From: the human T2T-CHM13v2.0 reference genome, Homo sapiens
NCBI RefSeq assembly: GCF_009914755.1
Contig: NC_060934.1
Direction: 5' to 3' (one strand)
Length of the DNA stretch: 64,000 bases
In this document: positions 1-13,981 of the stretch, piece after piece
Position numbering within the stretch: position 1 is the stretch's first letter
How the letters are laid out: every line of letters begins with the position of its first letter
The notes under the pieces: model-generated
What the model was told of the DNA's origin: nothing
The model's input: the letters and a program-made list of their open reading frames with translations, nothing else
Database searches by the model: none
Program-made: the position numbers and the translations under genes

Positions 1-140
1 TGTCATTATTTGGTAATACTTTTTTATTCCACAATAAATTCTCTTGGAAGCAATGAGCTCAAATGAGTGGAAATGCATATTTAATAAAAAATTAAGTACT
101 ATATTTCAGTTTCTGAAGGAAGTTGACGACGAATGTATTA

Positions 141-740
141 CAGTGGGTCCTGAAATAAGGCCATTTTGTTCATCATCATCGTAACATTGATGAGGAAACA
201 AACTGGACTCCCAGCTGGGGCCATTGTCTGTGTAGAGTCTGCATGTTATCCCTATGTTTGTGTGGGTCTTCTCTAGATATTCTGATTTCCTCCCACATCC
301 CAAAGAGGTGCACAATGGGGTCATTGGCTTGTCTATATGGTCCCAGTCCGAGTGAGTGTAGGTATTTGTTTGAGTCTGTCCTGAGACAGGTTGCCATCTT
401 GCCCAGCAGTAGTTTCCACCTTGCATCCTGAGCTGCTGGGATAAGCTCGTACCACCTGTGACCCTAACCTGGAATACTGGAGTAAATAATCATCCTGCTT
501 GGTTTTATTAATCTTTCTCAAATGTATGTATAGCTCACACTTATTTCAATGTTTAATATTAGCATTTTGGGGTCTTTGTTTAGAAGTTTGGTGATGTTTT
601 TGTAACCAGAAATATGTCATAGGAACTTAACTCTTGTTCATATCAATTAGCCTATGGTCAAACTGGTTTCATTCCATGTTGTTTTGCTTAAAGTTGCTGT
701 GTCCAAGAACTTATTGATGATGTTAAGTGATGATTTACTG
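141..740 (+). mobile_element. MER6A (TcMar-Tigger non-autonomous DNA transposon), near full length
   Basis: Begins CAGTGGGTCC and ends ...GTTAAGTGATGATTTACTG, with TA on both sides (139-140, 741-742). The internal TTTCCTCCCACATCCCAAAGA...CCTGAGCTGCTGGGATAAGCTC core is typical of MER6. Confidence 0.85.
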
Positions 741-989
741 TATTTTCACAACATATTTGTTGACTTCAACTATCCATCACAGGGCATAGTGGTATCACTG
801 ATCACACAACAACCTGAAGAAACAAATGGTCTGAAGAACTATTCTGTATATTAATATATTGAAGTGGTAGCCATCTTAGGAAGGACAGACACAAAAAGTC
901 ACAAAAGGGCAGTTTACATGGCACTCACAAAGCATGACTTTTCATGAAGATGAAATGTCCATTGCAAATTAGTTTTACTACCTTTGTCC

Positions 990-1256
990 TGGATGGAGTG
1001 CAGTGGCACTATCATGGTTCACTGCAGCCTCAACCTCCCCAACCTCCTTGGGCTCAGGTGATCCTCCCACCTCAGCCTCCCCAGTAGCTGAGACTACAGG
1101 CATGCGCTAATATTACCGACTAATTTTCCTATTTTTTGTAGGGACAGGGTCTCACGGTGTTGTCCAGGCTGCTCTCAAACTCCTGGTCTCAAGTCATCTG
1201 CCCACTTTAGCCCCCCCAAATGCTGAGATTACAGGCGTGAGCCACCGTACCTGGCC
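990..1256 (-). mobile_element. AluJ
   Basis: Reverse-complement Alu with J-type features, ending GTGAGCCACCGTACCTGGCC. Confidence 0.85.
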
Positions 1257-1704
1257 TTTACCCATTTTTAAACTTCAAATGTTCTTATGCAAGCACAAAA
1301 AGGGAAGTGATAGCTGTCAGGGAGTTGGCTTCATTAGCAGAACAGGAACTTTGCAAACAATTAAATGATGCTTGTTTTATAGCAATGTCATCAGTATCTC
1401 AAACAGAGAATGATTTTAATAATGGCTGAATTTTATCTCTAATTCACAGAATCAAAGTAAAGCTTTTAGAATTCATTCTATCAAAGGGAAATGATATGAT
1501 ATGATGATTAATGCTATTATAAATTCCTTCAAAATATTCAGCATCAAAGGTAGTATTTTCATAGTGATGACAGATACAAATTTTGATTGCATTGGGGTGA
1601 AAACAATATTCCTATTAAAAAGCCTATAGAGTAAAAATGTAGCTGGAATTGTTTGCAGTGTACACATGGTTTGTTAATGTGTCAAAAATGTGCTATTCTT
1701 TTAT

Positions 1705-3160
1705 GCATGAAAGGAAACTATTGAGAGTGAAAAGACAAGCAACAGAATGGGTGAAAATATTTGTTAAGTCATACATCTGAAAAAGGATTAATATCCAGAA
1801 GATATAAATAACTCCTACAACTCAAGAACAACAACTAAATAACCCAATTCAAAAATGTGCAAAGGACTTGGGTAGGCATTTCTTCAAAGAAGATATCCAA
1901 ATGACCATTAAGCACATGAAATATCAGTAGTTATCAGGGAAATCTAAATAACAGCCACGGTGAAGTGCCATTTAACACTCATTAGTATGGCTTTTTTTTA
2001 TTATTATACCTTAAGTTCTGGGGTACACGTGCAGAACGTGCAGTTTTGTTACACAGGTATACACGTGCCATGGTGGTTTGCTGCATCCATCAACCCATCA
2101 TCTACGTTAGGTATTTCTCCTAATGCTATCCCTCCACTAGCCCCCCACCCCCCAACATGCCCTGGTGTGTGATGTTCCCCTCCCAGTGTCCATGTGTTCT
2201 CATTGTTCAGCTCTCACTTATGAGTGAAAACATGCGGTGTTTGGTTTTCTGTTCTTGTATTAGTTTGCTGAGGATGATGGTTTCCAGCTTCATCCATGTC
2301 CCTGCAAAGGACATGAGCGCCTCCTTTTTTATGGCTGCATAGTATTCCACGGCATATATGTGCCACATTTTCTTTATCCAGTCTACCATTGATGGGCATT
2401 TGGGTTGGTTCCAAGTCTTTGCTCTTGTGAATAGTAGTATGGCTATTACTTTTAAAATGGAAAAGAATAAGTGTTAGCAAGGATGTGGAGAGATTAAAAC
2501 CCTCATACGCTGCTGGTGGGACTGTAAAATGGTGCAGCCACTGTGGAAACCAGTATGTGGGTTCCTCAAAAAGTTAAACTTTTTGCTTAACTTTAAACAA
2601 AAGTTAAACATTACCCTATGATCCAGCCATTCTACTTCTAAGTATATACCCCCAAAAATTGAAAGCGGGAACTTAAACAGATACTTGTGTACAAATGTTC
2701 ATAGTTGCTTATTTACAACTGCCAAAACATGGAAACCATATGATGTCCTTCGACAGATGAATTGGTAAACACAATGTGGTCTATCCATACGATGGAATAT
2801 TATTGTCTTCAAAAGGAATGAAATTCAGATACATGCTACAAATTGGATGAATCTTGAAAACATTATGTTAAGTGAAAAAGCTGGATACAAAAACCACCAA
2901 ATCTTGTTTGACCACGTTTATGAAGTATCTACAACAGGCAAATTTATAACCAATAGAATAGAGGTTACCAGGCACTGGTTGGAGGGGGAAATAGAGTTAG
3001 TGTTTAATGGGTACAGAATTTCTGTTTGGGAGGGTGACAAGTTCTGGAAGTAGATAGTAGTGATGGTTGAACAACACTATGAATGTACTTAACACCACTG
3101 AATTGGTATGGTTAAAATGGTATTTTTTTTGCTATGTATATTTTACTAGAATAAAGAAAT
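1705..3160 (+). mobile_element. Old L1M (L1MB-like) ORF2 end and 3' UTR
   Basis: GAGTGAAAAGACAAGCAACAGAATGGGTGAAAATATTTG...GGTGCAGCCACTGTGGAAA...TATGTATATTTTAC; interrupted by a younger L1PA. Confidence 0.85.
1993..2434 (-). mobile_element. L1PA (PA7/PA8-like) 5'-truncated 3' end nested in L1M
   Basis: TTATTATACCTTAAGTTCTGGGGTACACGTGCAGAACGTGCAG...; target-site duplication (TSD) TAGTATGGCT at 1983-1992 and 2435-2444. Confidence 0.9.
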
Positions 3161-3455
3161 GGTTTTCTACCAATCTAAATGGAAGATAAACTTGTCAAAA
3201 TTTTACAGACATACGCATGATCTTTCTCTATTTGCTGTCCATCATGTTCAAGTTTTAGAAATGTTTGTGCATTTGAATAATTGTTAATGAACCTAAACTG
3301 TCCTGCAATACTATTAGACATTTTGGAAGATAATCTCTGAATTTTTGTTGCATTCTGTTCAGAATCTGTTGGAAATCTTAATGAAAAGGTTCAAAAATTG
3401 GTCACCAAAACCTGGAGCTTTTAAAAGCTTAGCAAATTGCAATTATTGAAAATCA

Positions 3456-3570
3456 GGCTCATTCCTGTAGCCCCAGCTACTTGGAAGGCTCAGGTGGAAG
3501 GATGGCTTGATCCCAGGAGTCCAGCCTGGGCAACATAGTGAGACCCTGCTATTGAAAAAAGAAAAAAAAA
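3456..3570 (+). mobile_element. Alu monomer (FAM/FRAM-like)
   Basis: Single Alu arm with A tail. Confidence 0.75.
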
Positions 3571-3768
3571 TCAAGCTTGTACCCAGAAAGGCACTGAAAT
3601 TCATCCCTGTAAAAACAGTGGGAGGGAGGGGAATTGAACAAATTCAAATGTTGAGTAAGACTTAATTTTGAAATTCTAAAATATTACTTTGGATACATTG
3701 ACATGTTTGACAGAATTTTCTATTTTAACTGGATATGTTTGTATTTTATATCAGAAATAAATGGAATT

Positions 3769-4055
3769 GGCCAGGCGTGTTGGCTCATGCCTATAATCCC
3801 AGCACTGTGGGAGGCCAAGGTGGGTGGATCGCTTGAGTCTGGGAGTTTGAGATCAGCCTGAACAACATGGTGAAACCCCGTCTCTACTAAATATACAAAA
3901 ATTAGTCGGGTGTGGTGGCACACGCTTGTGGTTCCAACTACACAGGAGACTGAGGTGGAAAGATCGCTTGAGCCCAGGAGGCAGAGGTTGCAATAAGCTG
4001 AGATCACGACTGCACACTCCAGCCTGGATGAGAGTGTAAGACCCTGTCAAGAAAA
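3769..4055 (+). mobile_element. Alu (J/S), full length
   Basis: GGCCAGGCGTGTTGGCTCATGCC...; dimeric, with purine-rich tail. Confidence 0.9.
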
Positions 4056-4579
4056 GCGGGGGAAGAGGGGAAGGGCAGAAGGAAAAAAAGGAAGGAAGGA
4101 ATGGGAATTGAGAAGGCCTATAATTTTGTTGCAAATATATATGGCAAAATAAAAATTATAAATAGAGACAACTTATCTTCTGAGTTTTGCTTATAAAAGT
4201 ATTTGTTGAGGAAAAGTACTCTGAACAGAGAAAAAAGAATCTGTAGGAAATACTGGGCATAAATATTTGTACGTTTCAATATGACAAAGACTAAAATTGA
4301 GATTATCCATCATTTCATAGATGTTGTTCTCAGTTTACAAGATACTGCAGCACCCACAGAGAGAGCAATTTCTGAATTAAAAATACATTCGATGGAGAAG
4401 TCAGTTGAAGGCATCAACAACCAAATTAGTAAGCATAAGATGCAACTTTGATAAAATTTTGCGAGTAATTTTACAAAAAATATTAATAAAACCATATTAA
4501 AAAATATATATCTTCAGAAAAAAATACTAGATGTGGCTAAAACTAATTTATATATGTGAATGTGTATTAAGAAGAATCA

Positions 4580-4663
4580 TGGAGGTGGCAGTGAGCCAAG
4601 ATCACGCTACTATACTCCAGAATGGGTGACAGAGCAAGACTCTGTCTTAAAAAAAAAAAAAAA
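4580..4663 (+). mobile_element. Alu right-arm 3' fragment
   Basis: GGAGGTGGCAGTGAGCCAAGATC...GACTCTGTCT followed by an A tail. Confidence 0.8.
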
Positions 4664-4852
4664 GAGTCTTTTTTTTTTAAATCAGATTTTCAACATAAAT
4701 AGTTTTTTAAATTTTTCTTTAATCTACATGGATTTAGGCTGTTTTAGTACTTTAGAAGGGATTTTAATTTTGAAAACTAGTTTTGAATCAAAATCTTTTC
4801 ATAGGTCTACCGATGTATTAAATCAATTTGATGGCCAAAAAATAAATGTTAA

Positions 4853-5139
<287 letters not shown>

Positions 5140-5448
5140 CCCTTTCAAGAGTGTCCCAGTTTGGCTGACTTAAATATATGCTCACTTTAACTATGACCCA
5201 GCAATTCTATTTTAGCTGGGTATAGGCCCAGCTAAAATGACCACACGCAAGCAACAGAAGACGTGCCTAAGAATGTTCATAGGAGATTATTTCTAATAGC
5301 TGTAAACTGAAAACAAGCAAATAATCATCAAAAAAGACAATGGGTAAGGAGATTATGGTCTCACCTGTGGCTGCACATTAGAATCAGCTGGCAGGCTTCC
5401 TCCCTCAGCCTTGGAGACACACTGCTAACACTACACTTCGGAAGTTAC

Positions 5449-6891
5449 TGTGTCCGGCATTAGTGGGTTCTTGGTCTCACTGACTTTAAGAATGAAGCCG
5501 CGGACCCTCGCGGTGAGTGTTACAGTTCTTAAAGGCGGCGTGTACGGAGTTTGTTCCTTCTGATGTTCGGATGTGTTCGGAATTTCTTCCTTCTGGTGGG
5601 GTTCATGGTCTCGCTGGCTCAGGAGTGAAGCTGCGGACCTTCGCGGTGAGTGTTACAGCTCTTAAGGCGGCGCGTCTGGAGTTGTTCGTTCCTCCCGGTG
5701 GGTTCGTGGTCTCGCTGGCTTCAGGAGTGAAGCTGCAGACCTTCCCGGTGAGCGTGACAGCTCATAAAGGCAGTGTGGACCCAAAGAGTGAGCAGCAGCA
5801 AGATTTACTGCAAAGAGCGAAAGAACAAAGCTACCACAGTGTGGAAGGGGACCCGAGCGGGTTGCCATTACTGTCTGGGGCAGCCTGCTTTTATTCTCTT
5901 TTCTGGCCCCACTCACATCCTGCTGATTGGTCCATTTTACAGAGAGCCGATTGGTCCATTTTACAGACAGCCGAGTGGTCTGTTTTGACAGGGTGCTGAT
6001 TAGTGCGTTTACAATCCCTGAGCTAGACACAAAGGTTCTCCACGTCCCCACTAGATTAGCTAGATACAGAGTGTGGACACAAAGGTTCTCCAAGTCCCCA
6101 CCAGAGTAGTTAGATACAGAGTGCCGATTGGTGCATTCACAAACCCTGAGCTAGACACAGGGTGCTGATTGGTGTGTTTACAAACCTTGAGCTAGATACA
6201 GAGTGCCAATTGGTGTATGTATAATCCCTTAGCTAGACATAAAGGTTCTCCAAGTCCCCACCAGACTCAGGAGCCCAGCTGGCTTCACCCAGTGGATCCC
6301 TCACCGAGGGCGCAGGTGGAGCTGCCTGCCAGTCCCCACCCTGCGCCCGCACTCCTCAGCCCTTGGGTGGTCGAGGGGATGGGGCACCGTGGAGCAGGGG
6401 GCGTGCTCATCAGGGAGGCTCGGGTGGCGCAAGAGCCCATGGTGGGGGCGGGGGGAAGAGGGGGGAAGCTCAGGCATGGCGGGCTGCATGTCCCGAGCCC
6501 TGCCCTACTGGGAGGCAGCTAAGGCCCGGCGAGAAGTCGAGCACAGCAGCTGCTGGCCCAGGTGCTAAGACCCTCACTGCCCGGGGTTGGCGGGGCTGGC
6601 GGGCGGGCCGGCCGCTCCAAGTGCGGGGCCCACCGAGCCCACGCCCACCCGGAACTCGTGCTGGCCTGCAAGCACTACGTGCAGCCCCGGTTCCCGCGGG
6701 CGCCTCTCCCTCCACACCTCCCCGCAAGCTGAGGGAGCCGGCTCTGCCCTTGGCCAGCCCAGAAACGGGCTCCCACAGTGCAGCGGCGGGCTGAAGGGCT
6801 CCTCAAGCGCGGCCAGAGTGGGCGCCAAGGCCGAGGAGGCGCCCAGAGCGAGCGAGGGCTGTGAGGGCTGCCAGCATGCTGTCACCTCTCA
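5449..6891 (-). mobile_element. LTR12C solo LTR (ERV9/HERV9)
   Basis: Minus strand starts TGAGAGGTGACAGC and ends ...CCGGACACA. 4-bp TSD TTAC at 5445-5448 and 6892-6895. Tandem U3 enhancer repeats (CTAGATACAGAGTG, GATTGG) and U5 repeats (GGAGTGAAGCTGCGGACCTTCGCGGTGAG); CpG-rich. Confidence 0.95.
5860..6250 (-). promoter_or_regulatory. LTR12C promoter/enhancer: multiple CCAAT (NF-Y) boxes and AATAAA TATA-equivalent, firing toward lower coordinates
   Basis: ATTGG at ~5926, 5950, 6127, 6168 and 6209; TTTTATT at 5889-5895. This is the established ERV9 LTR promoter architecture; activity of this copy is not shown. Confidence 0.7.
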
Positions 6892-7567
6892 TTACTAGAA
6901 CCCTGGAGCCCGCGCCTCTCCTCCTCAGTATCCTCTTCAGCAAAACCGCGCAGAGTGAAGCCAGACACAGCCTTACCCTGTCAATCATTTCTGTGGTTTC
7001 CTTTCTCTTCGCTGGTCCTTTTCGGATCCTGCTACTAGCGGTGCAGTTTTGCAATGAGACACACGGGCCAGGTCAGATTGCGCCTCAGCTCTTTGAGGGC
7101 TGGGAATAAGCTTTTATCATTCTAAGGCCCTTATTCTTTAGGAAGGTTTAGGGCAGACTTGCAAGGAATAACTTAAATTTTCCTCAAATGAGTGCAATTA
7201 ATTCTCTTTGCGACTTTGAACCCTGCTGGCTCCTTCCCTCACAGATATTAGTAACAAAATCAGCAGCACCGCGTCTTTTTGTACCCTCCCCTAACAGAGC
7301 GGGAGGAAGTATTTCCAATCCCTGTTTAGGCCCAGCAAGGGAGGGACCAATGGGATTTTTTGTTTGTTTGTTTAAACAAACTACTAATCTTTTGCCAACT
7401 ACTATAATTTTACTCAGAGAAAGATACTTTTAAAATATCCTTTGTCCTTCAACACAGACAGACCTTAAGAAGGTCTGGTGCTGCTTTCCCAGTCTTCATT
7501 TACCAAGGAACATTTTTGTTTACGTAATTCGAATCGTATAATTCGAAAACATCTTAGTGATTATTTA

Positions 7568-7647
7568 GTAGGCTAGTGCAAAAGTAATTGCAGTTTTTGC
7601 CTTTGAAAATAATGACAAAAACCGCAATCACTTCTGCACCAAACATA
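7568..7647. mobile_element. MADE1 (Hsmar1 MITE), full-length 80-bp palindrome
   Basis: GTAGGCTAGTGCAAAAGTAATTGCAGTTTTTGCC...CAAAAACCGCAATCACTTCTGCACCAA. Confidence 0.9.
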
Positions 7648-7764
7648 TCATCCTTTTCGCAGATGGAAAAATTAACGTTTGGAAATGCAAAGTGATCTGC
7701 TGTTTCAGTACGCATTCCACTGTTAAGTTAGAACCAAGCAGTGTGCCCAAGCACTTGCAAAGAT

Positions 7765-7970
7765 ATTCTGGAGCCAATCAGTGCCATGGTCGGTGACTCC
7801 ATGAGGAAATTGACATCTGTGGGCAACAGATGTCATTCCTGCATCTGTGGGAGTAGTGACGCCATGTTGAAATTGACAATGGTTAGGCTATTCACACCAC
7901 AGAAACAGACAAATGCTACAAACTCGGGTTCTCTCTCCCTGAAAGCGACTTGCTAAGCATCCACACCATT
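7765..7970 (+). mobile_element. MER63A-like (hAT-Blackjack)
   Basis: TTGAAATTGACAATGGTTAGGCTATTCACACCACAGAAACAGACAAATGCTACAAA resembles the MER63 core. Confidence 0.55.
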
Positions 7971-8266
7971 TTGAAGTAAAGACATTTTAAGAGTGCCTCT
8001 CTGAGTCAAATTATAATAGTGTGGCAGTTTGTAAAAGTTTAGTAGTTTGTTAAAAAAAAACTCATGAATTGAAATACAGCTTTTACATTATTGCTATGTT
8101 ACACGTTCCACTTTAATATTTTAATTAGTGTTAAGGAATAAAGTAAATAAGTTAATTATAAAAGTTCTTTCGAGGCTTATATTGTGCTTATGTTTTATGC
8201 TTTACTTCAGCCTACTTTTTCCAGACTTCAGGACATTTCCAAGTTTCTGTGTAGAATTAGTTAAGG

Positions 8267-8283
8267 TTCAGTAGATGGCGCTA
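8267..8283 (+). promoter_or_regulatory. Candidate CTCF motif
   Basis: TTCAGTAGATGGCGCTA versus the CTCF core CCASYAGRKGGCRS. Confidence 0.5.
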
Positions 8284-9340
8284 CTACACTGTTTTTAGTC
8301 ATTTCAGAATTGTTGCTTTCTGGGATACTAATGGGAAACTTAACAGATACAGAACAGGAGTGGGGAGGGAAACCCAGTCTCTTAACAGTTCTAGGCTGGT
8401 TACAACTAGAACTCTAAGTCTCAGTTTTTTTCCAACTCTAACATTCTGTGCCTGTAGTATAGAGATACATTGTGAAAGCATCTGTCGATGGACATTTACG
8501 TTTGACATCTGTCATCTGAGCATCTGAAGGTGCTCTGCCAATATATTCTCTCCAGGTCTTGTAGTTTAGATGGGTAGATGAATCCTCCCACAAATCCTCC
8601 ACTGCTCTTTTTACACACAAAGTAATAAAGTCCAGAGAGGTCCTGTTTCTCTGCAAATTGAGTTTTTACACCCGGAAAGCTGCCTTTCGATGAAAAACAA
8701 CAACAACTGATGTTATAAGAAAGATAAACTCTTTTTGATGAGTGAGCATGTGACAAGCTGACTGGCTGCTGTCTCTTTCTTGCTACTCCTTGGCCCGTCA
8801 CTGAAGCTGGCTAGTAGTCATCATCTTGTTCATTTTTTTTTCTCTTATTTTGTTTGTTATGAAATATTTGAGGAGTACAAAATAGGGTAGAAAAAACATA
8901 ACAAATATATATGCACTTACCATTGAGCTTAAGAAAGAAAAAATGGTGCATATATTGTAACACCCCGTGGATTAGTATCATGTACATTCCCTGTCCTTCC
9001 TCCCTAGTAGAGTTTGCTTTTTTCCATTTGTGTCTTTGTTATCTATCATACTTAATTTGTCTTTTTTGCAACTACTTTTCTTCATTCAACACTGTGTTTT
9101 GGGAAATTACCCATGTTAATATTTATTTTATTCATGTTTATATTTGCACAGTATTCCACTGAGTGAGCGTTTTGCACTTCATTTAAGCTATTCTTCCATT
9201 GATATATATTTATATTGCATCCAATTTTCCATTATTACATACAACATGCATTCTTGTTTATGTAAGATATTCCTGTAAACCTATATACTTTATGTACCCT
9301 AAATATCTCATAATAACAAAACATAAAAATAACATTTATA

Positions 9341-9710
<370 letters not shown>

Positions 9711-9719
9711 TTATTTTTA

Positions 9720-10482
<763 letters not shown>

Positions 10483-10595
10483 GCTTGTGTTATTTCTTAT
10501 AGGAATCAATTATTTTAAAATATTAGAAGGCAATAGACTGGAAGCTTAAAAAGCCATTTGATGGTAATTCAGCCTCTTAGAGCTTCAGTCTTCTA

Positions 10596-10952
<357 letters not shown>

Positions 10953-11255
10953 TCACATATTCTACTTCAAAATGCCAAATAGCTCTTTGAAGTAGTGGCA
11001 ACAACCTCTACTCCTACTCCTACCTGTGGTGTTTGAGAGCTCCAGGTGTTCATCATCCTCCCCAAACCCCTGCTTTTAAACACTTTGATATTGAAAATTT
11101 TGAATATATACAAAAATAGGGAGATTAATGAACCTTTAAGGTCCTGTCATTCGATTTTAATAGTTACTAATTCACAGCCAGTCTTGAATCATATATACCG
11201 ATCACACTCCTGCAGGTTATTTGAAGCAAATTTCAGTTCCAGGATAACACTCTGA

Positions 11256-11570
<315 letters not shown>

Positions 11571-11858
11571 GAGGACTCCTTATTTTAAACATAACCAAAA
11601 CACCATGATTACACTGAAAAAATAATCATCAATCTTTCCTTGTTGAAATAAAATAACCAGCCACGGTTCAAATTTCACAACTGTCTCATAACATTTTATG
11701 GTTGGCTTGACTCACATCCAAAATAAGATCCATAAATCACAATTGTTGATATGTTTCTTCAATATATTTCAATTGGTGGGTTCCCTCCCCATCTCTCTTT
11801 TTTTTTGGTTGGTATTTATTTATTGAAAAATAAAAACAGGATTGTTTGTTCTATAGAG

Positions 11859-12643
11859 CGGAGGTCCCAAACCCCAGGCCACAGACTGGTACTAGTCCAT
11901 GGCCTGTTAAGAACTGGGCTGGCACAGCAGGAGGTGAGTGGCGGGGGAGTGAGCAAAGCCTCCTCTGTATTTACAGCTGCTCCCCATTGCTCACATTACT
12001 GCCTGAACTCTGCCTCCTGTCAGATCAGTGTGGCATTAGATCTAATAGGAGCGGGAACCCTGTTGTCAACTGTGTGTGTGATGCATCTACGTTGCGTGCT
12101 CCTTATGAGAATCTAATGCTTGATGATCTGTCACTGTCTCCCGTCACCCCAAAATGGGACCATCTAGTTGTAGGAAAACAAGCTCAGGGCTCCCATTGAT
12201 TCTACATTATGGTGAGTTTTATAATTATTTCACCATCACCTGAGGTCAGGAGTTCAAGACCAGCCTGGCCAATATAGTGAAACCCCATCTCTACTAAAAA
12301 TACAAAAATTAGCCTGGCGTTCTGGTGCGGGCCTGTAATCCCAGCTACTCGGGAGGCTGAGGCAGGAGAATTGCTTGAACCAGAAGGCGGAGGTTGCAGT
12401 GAACCGAGATGACACCACTGCCCTCCAGCCTGGGCGACAGAGCGAGACTCCGTCTCAAAAAAAGAAAAAAAAAATTATTATACATTACAGTGTAATAATA
12501 GAAATAAAGGGCACAATAAATGTAATGCACTTGACTCGTCCCAAAACCATTCCTCCCAGCCCCGCTCCAACCGCCCACCGGTCTGTGGAAAAATTATCTT
12601 CCATGAAACTGGTCTCTGGTGCCAAAAAGGTTGGGGACCGCTG
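11859..12643 (+). mobile_element. MER1A (hAT-Charlie), interrupted by an Alu
   Basis: Starts CGGAGGTCCCAAACCCC and ends GGTGCCAAAAAGGTTGGGGACCGCTG; degenerate 8-bp TSD CTATAGAG/CTGCAGAG. Confidence 0.9.
12235..12473 (+). mobile_element. AluS, 5'-truncated, inside MER1A
   Basis: ATCACCTGAGGTCAGGAGTTCAAG...GACTCCGTCTC followed by an A tail. Confidence 0.9.
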
Positions 12644-13827
12644 CTGCAGAGGTTCTCACAGCATGGATCTTAGTGAGTACATGGTGTGGAACATGCTCCT
12701 CTCTCTCTGTGTGTTCTGAAAACTGGTGTCAGAGTTCGATCAGATTTATGTTCAGTTTTTTTTTGATCCCATAGTTTGCAAAGTGCTCTTGTACCTCCTT
12801 TCAGAACGTGTTTCCAGGCAAGGAATTTGGAATTCCCTGCAAGGACAAAGGTCATGTTTTCAAACAATGAGAGGCAACATTCCCAGTTATACATATACAT
12901 GTTCTAGGTAATTTTTCACTTCTTTCTTTTCCTACATTTGATGACAATCTTGGGAAGTGGGGGGAGTTGTCAGATTGAAACATTTACAGCATCAAAATAA
13001 TAATTTCTAAGCCAAAGCCAACTTCCCGTGCACTCTGGATCCTGCTCCTTCTCCAATGGTAATCTAATTTTACCTTTGATTCCATCCAGTATATACGGGA
13101 TTGGAGTCCAGGAAACTGAAAAATTATCTTTTGTATTATCTTTTATCGTTCTCTTTAATTAATAAAAAATAAACCAGACATCCTTCCAAGTTTCCAGGCT
13201 ATTTGGCTGGGTTAAGAGAAGGCAGAATAAATACAGTGAAAGCTAGTTGCTCAAAAAAACAAGAAACAAAACTCAAACCCAGAAAGAAGTTATATAGTAT
13301 TTTCTCACTCCATTCTTGGTTAAAATTCAGTCTCAGCGAACAATTTGTTACAAAAAAAATTGAAGTCTGTAATATTGTTGAAGTTTATCTCATTTTTTTC
13401 TTTAAATTTATCTATCTCCCTTTTTTCTTTAAATTTCTCCCTTAAATTCTGGATTGAGAATTGACAATTGATTTGAGAAATGGAAGAAACATAAAGGAGA
13501 AAAGGGAGCCTTCTGGTTTAATGTGACGTAAAGTTCATAAAGCTGGAATGAAACTGTGCTTTTCATGCTTGGTTTAGGTGCCTAAGACATTTCAAATGAT
13601 GGCTACAAATATACATAGAATAGGGGGAAATTTCTCTATTCTTTCCTAAGCCTTGGGTTGGTTTCTGGGGAATATTAACACACACAGACTACAGACTCCC
13701 TTTACAAAGCTGGGCATTTTCACACATGCAAATACAGTTTTGGGGGCTGGTGAGCATTATTTGAGTGGTTGCTTGGTATCGTTTTTTAAAAAAATAATCA
13801 TTTTCAATTATCTTTATTTATCTGTTT

Positions 13828-13981
13828 TAATTTTTTAGAGACAGGGCCTTCCTCTGTCTCCCAGGCCAGAGTCCAGTGGTGCAATCATAGTTCACCACAG
13901 CCTCCAACTCCTGGACTCAAGTGATCCTCCTGCCTCAGCCTCCCGAGTAGCTGGGAATACAGGCATGCACCAAGCCAGGCT
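13828..13981 (-). mobile_element. FRAM/AluJ right monomer
   Basis: Single reverse-complement Alu arm. Confidence 0.8.

Noticed and set aside
5930-6260. Repeat-spacer-like pattern resembling a CRISPR array
   Set aside because: These are the normal tandem U3 repeats of LTR12 in human DNA; there are no unique spacers or cas genes.
5517-6898. Several 100-160 aa ORFs
   Set aside because: They lie within the GC-rich LTR12C; LTRs are non-coding and there are no gag/pol/env motifs.
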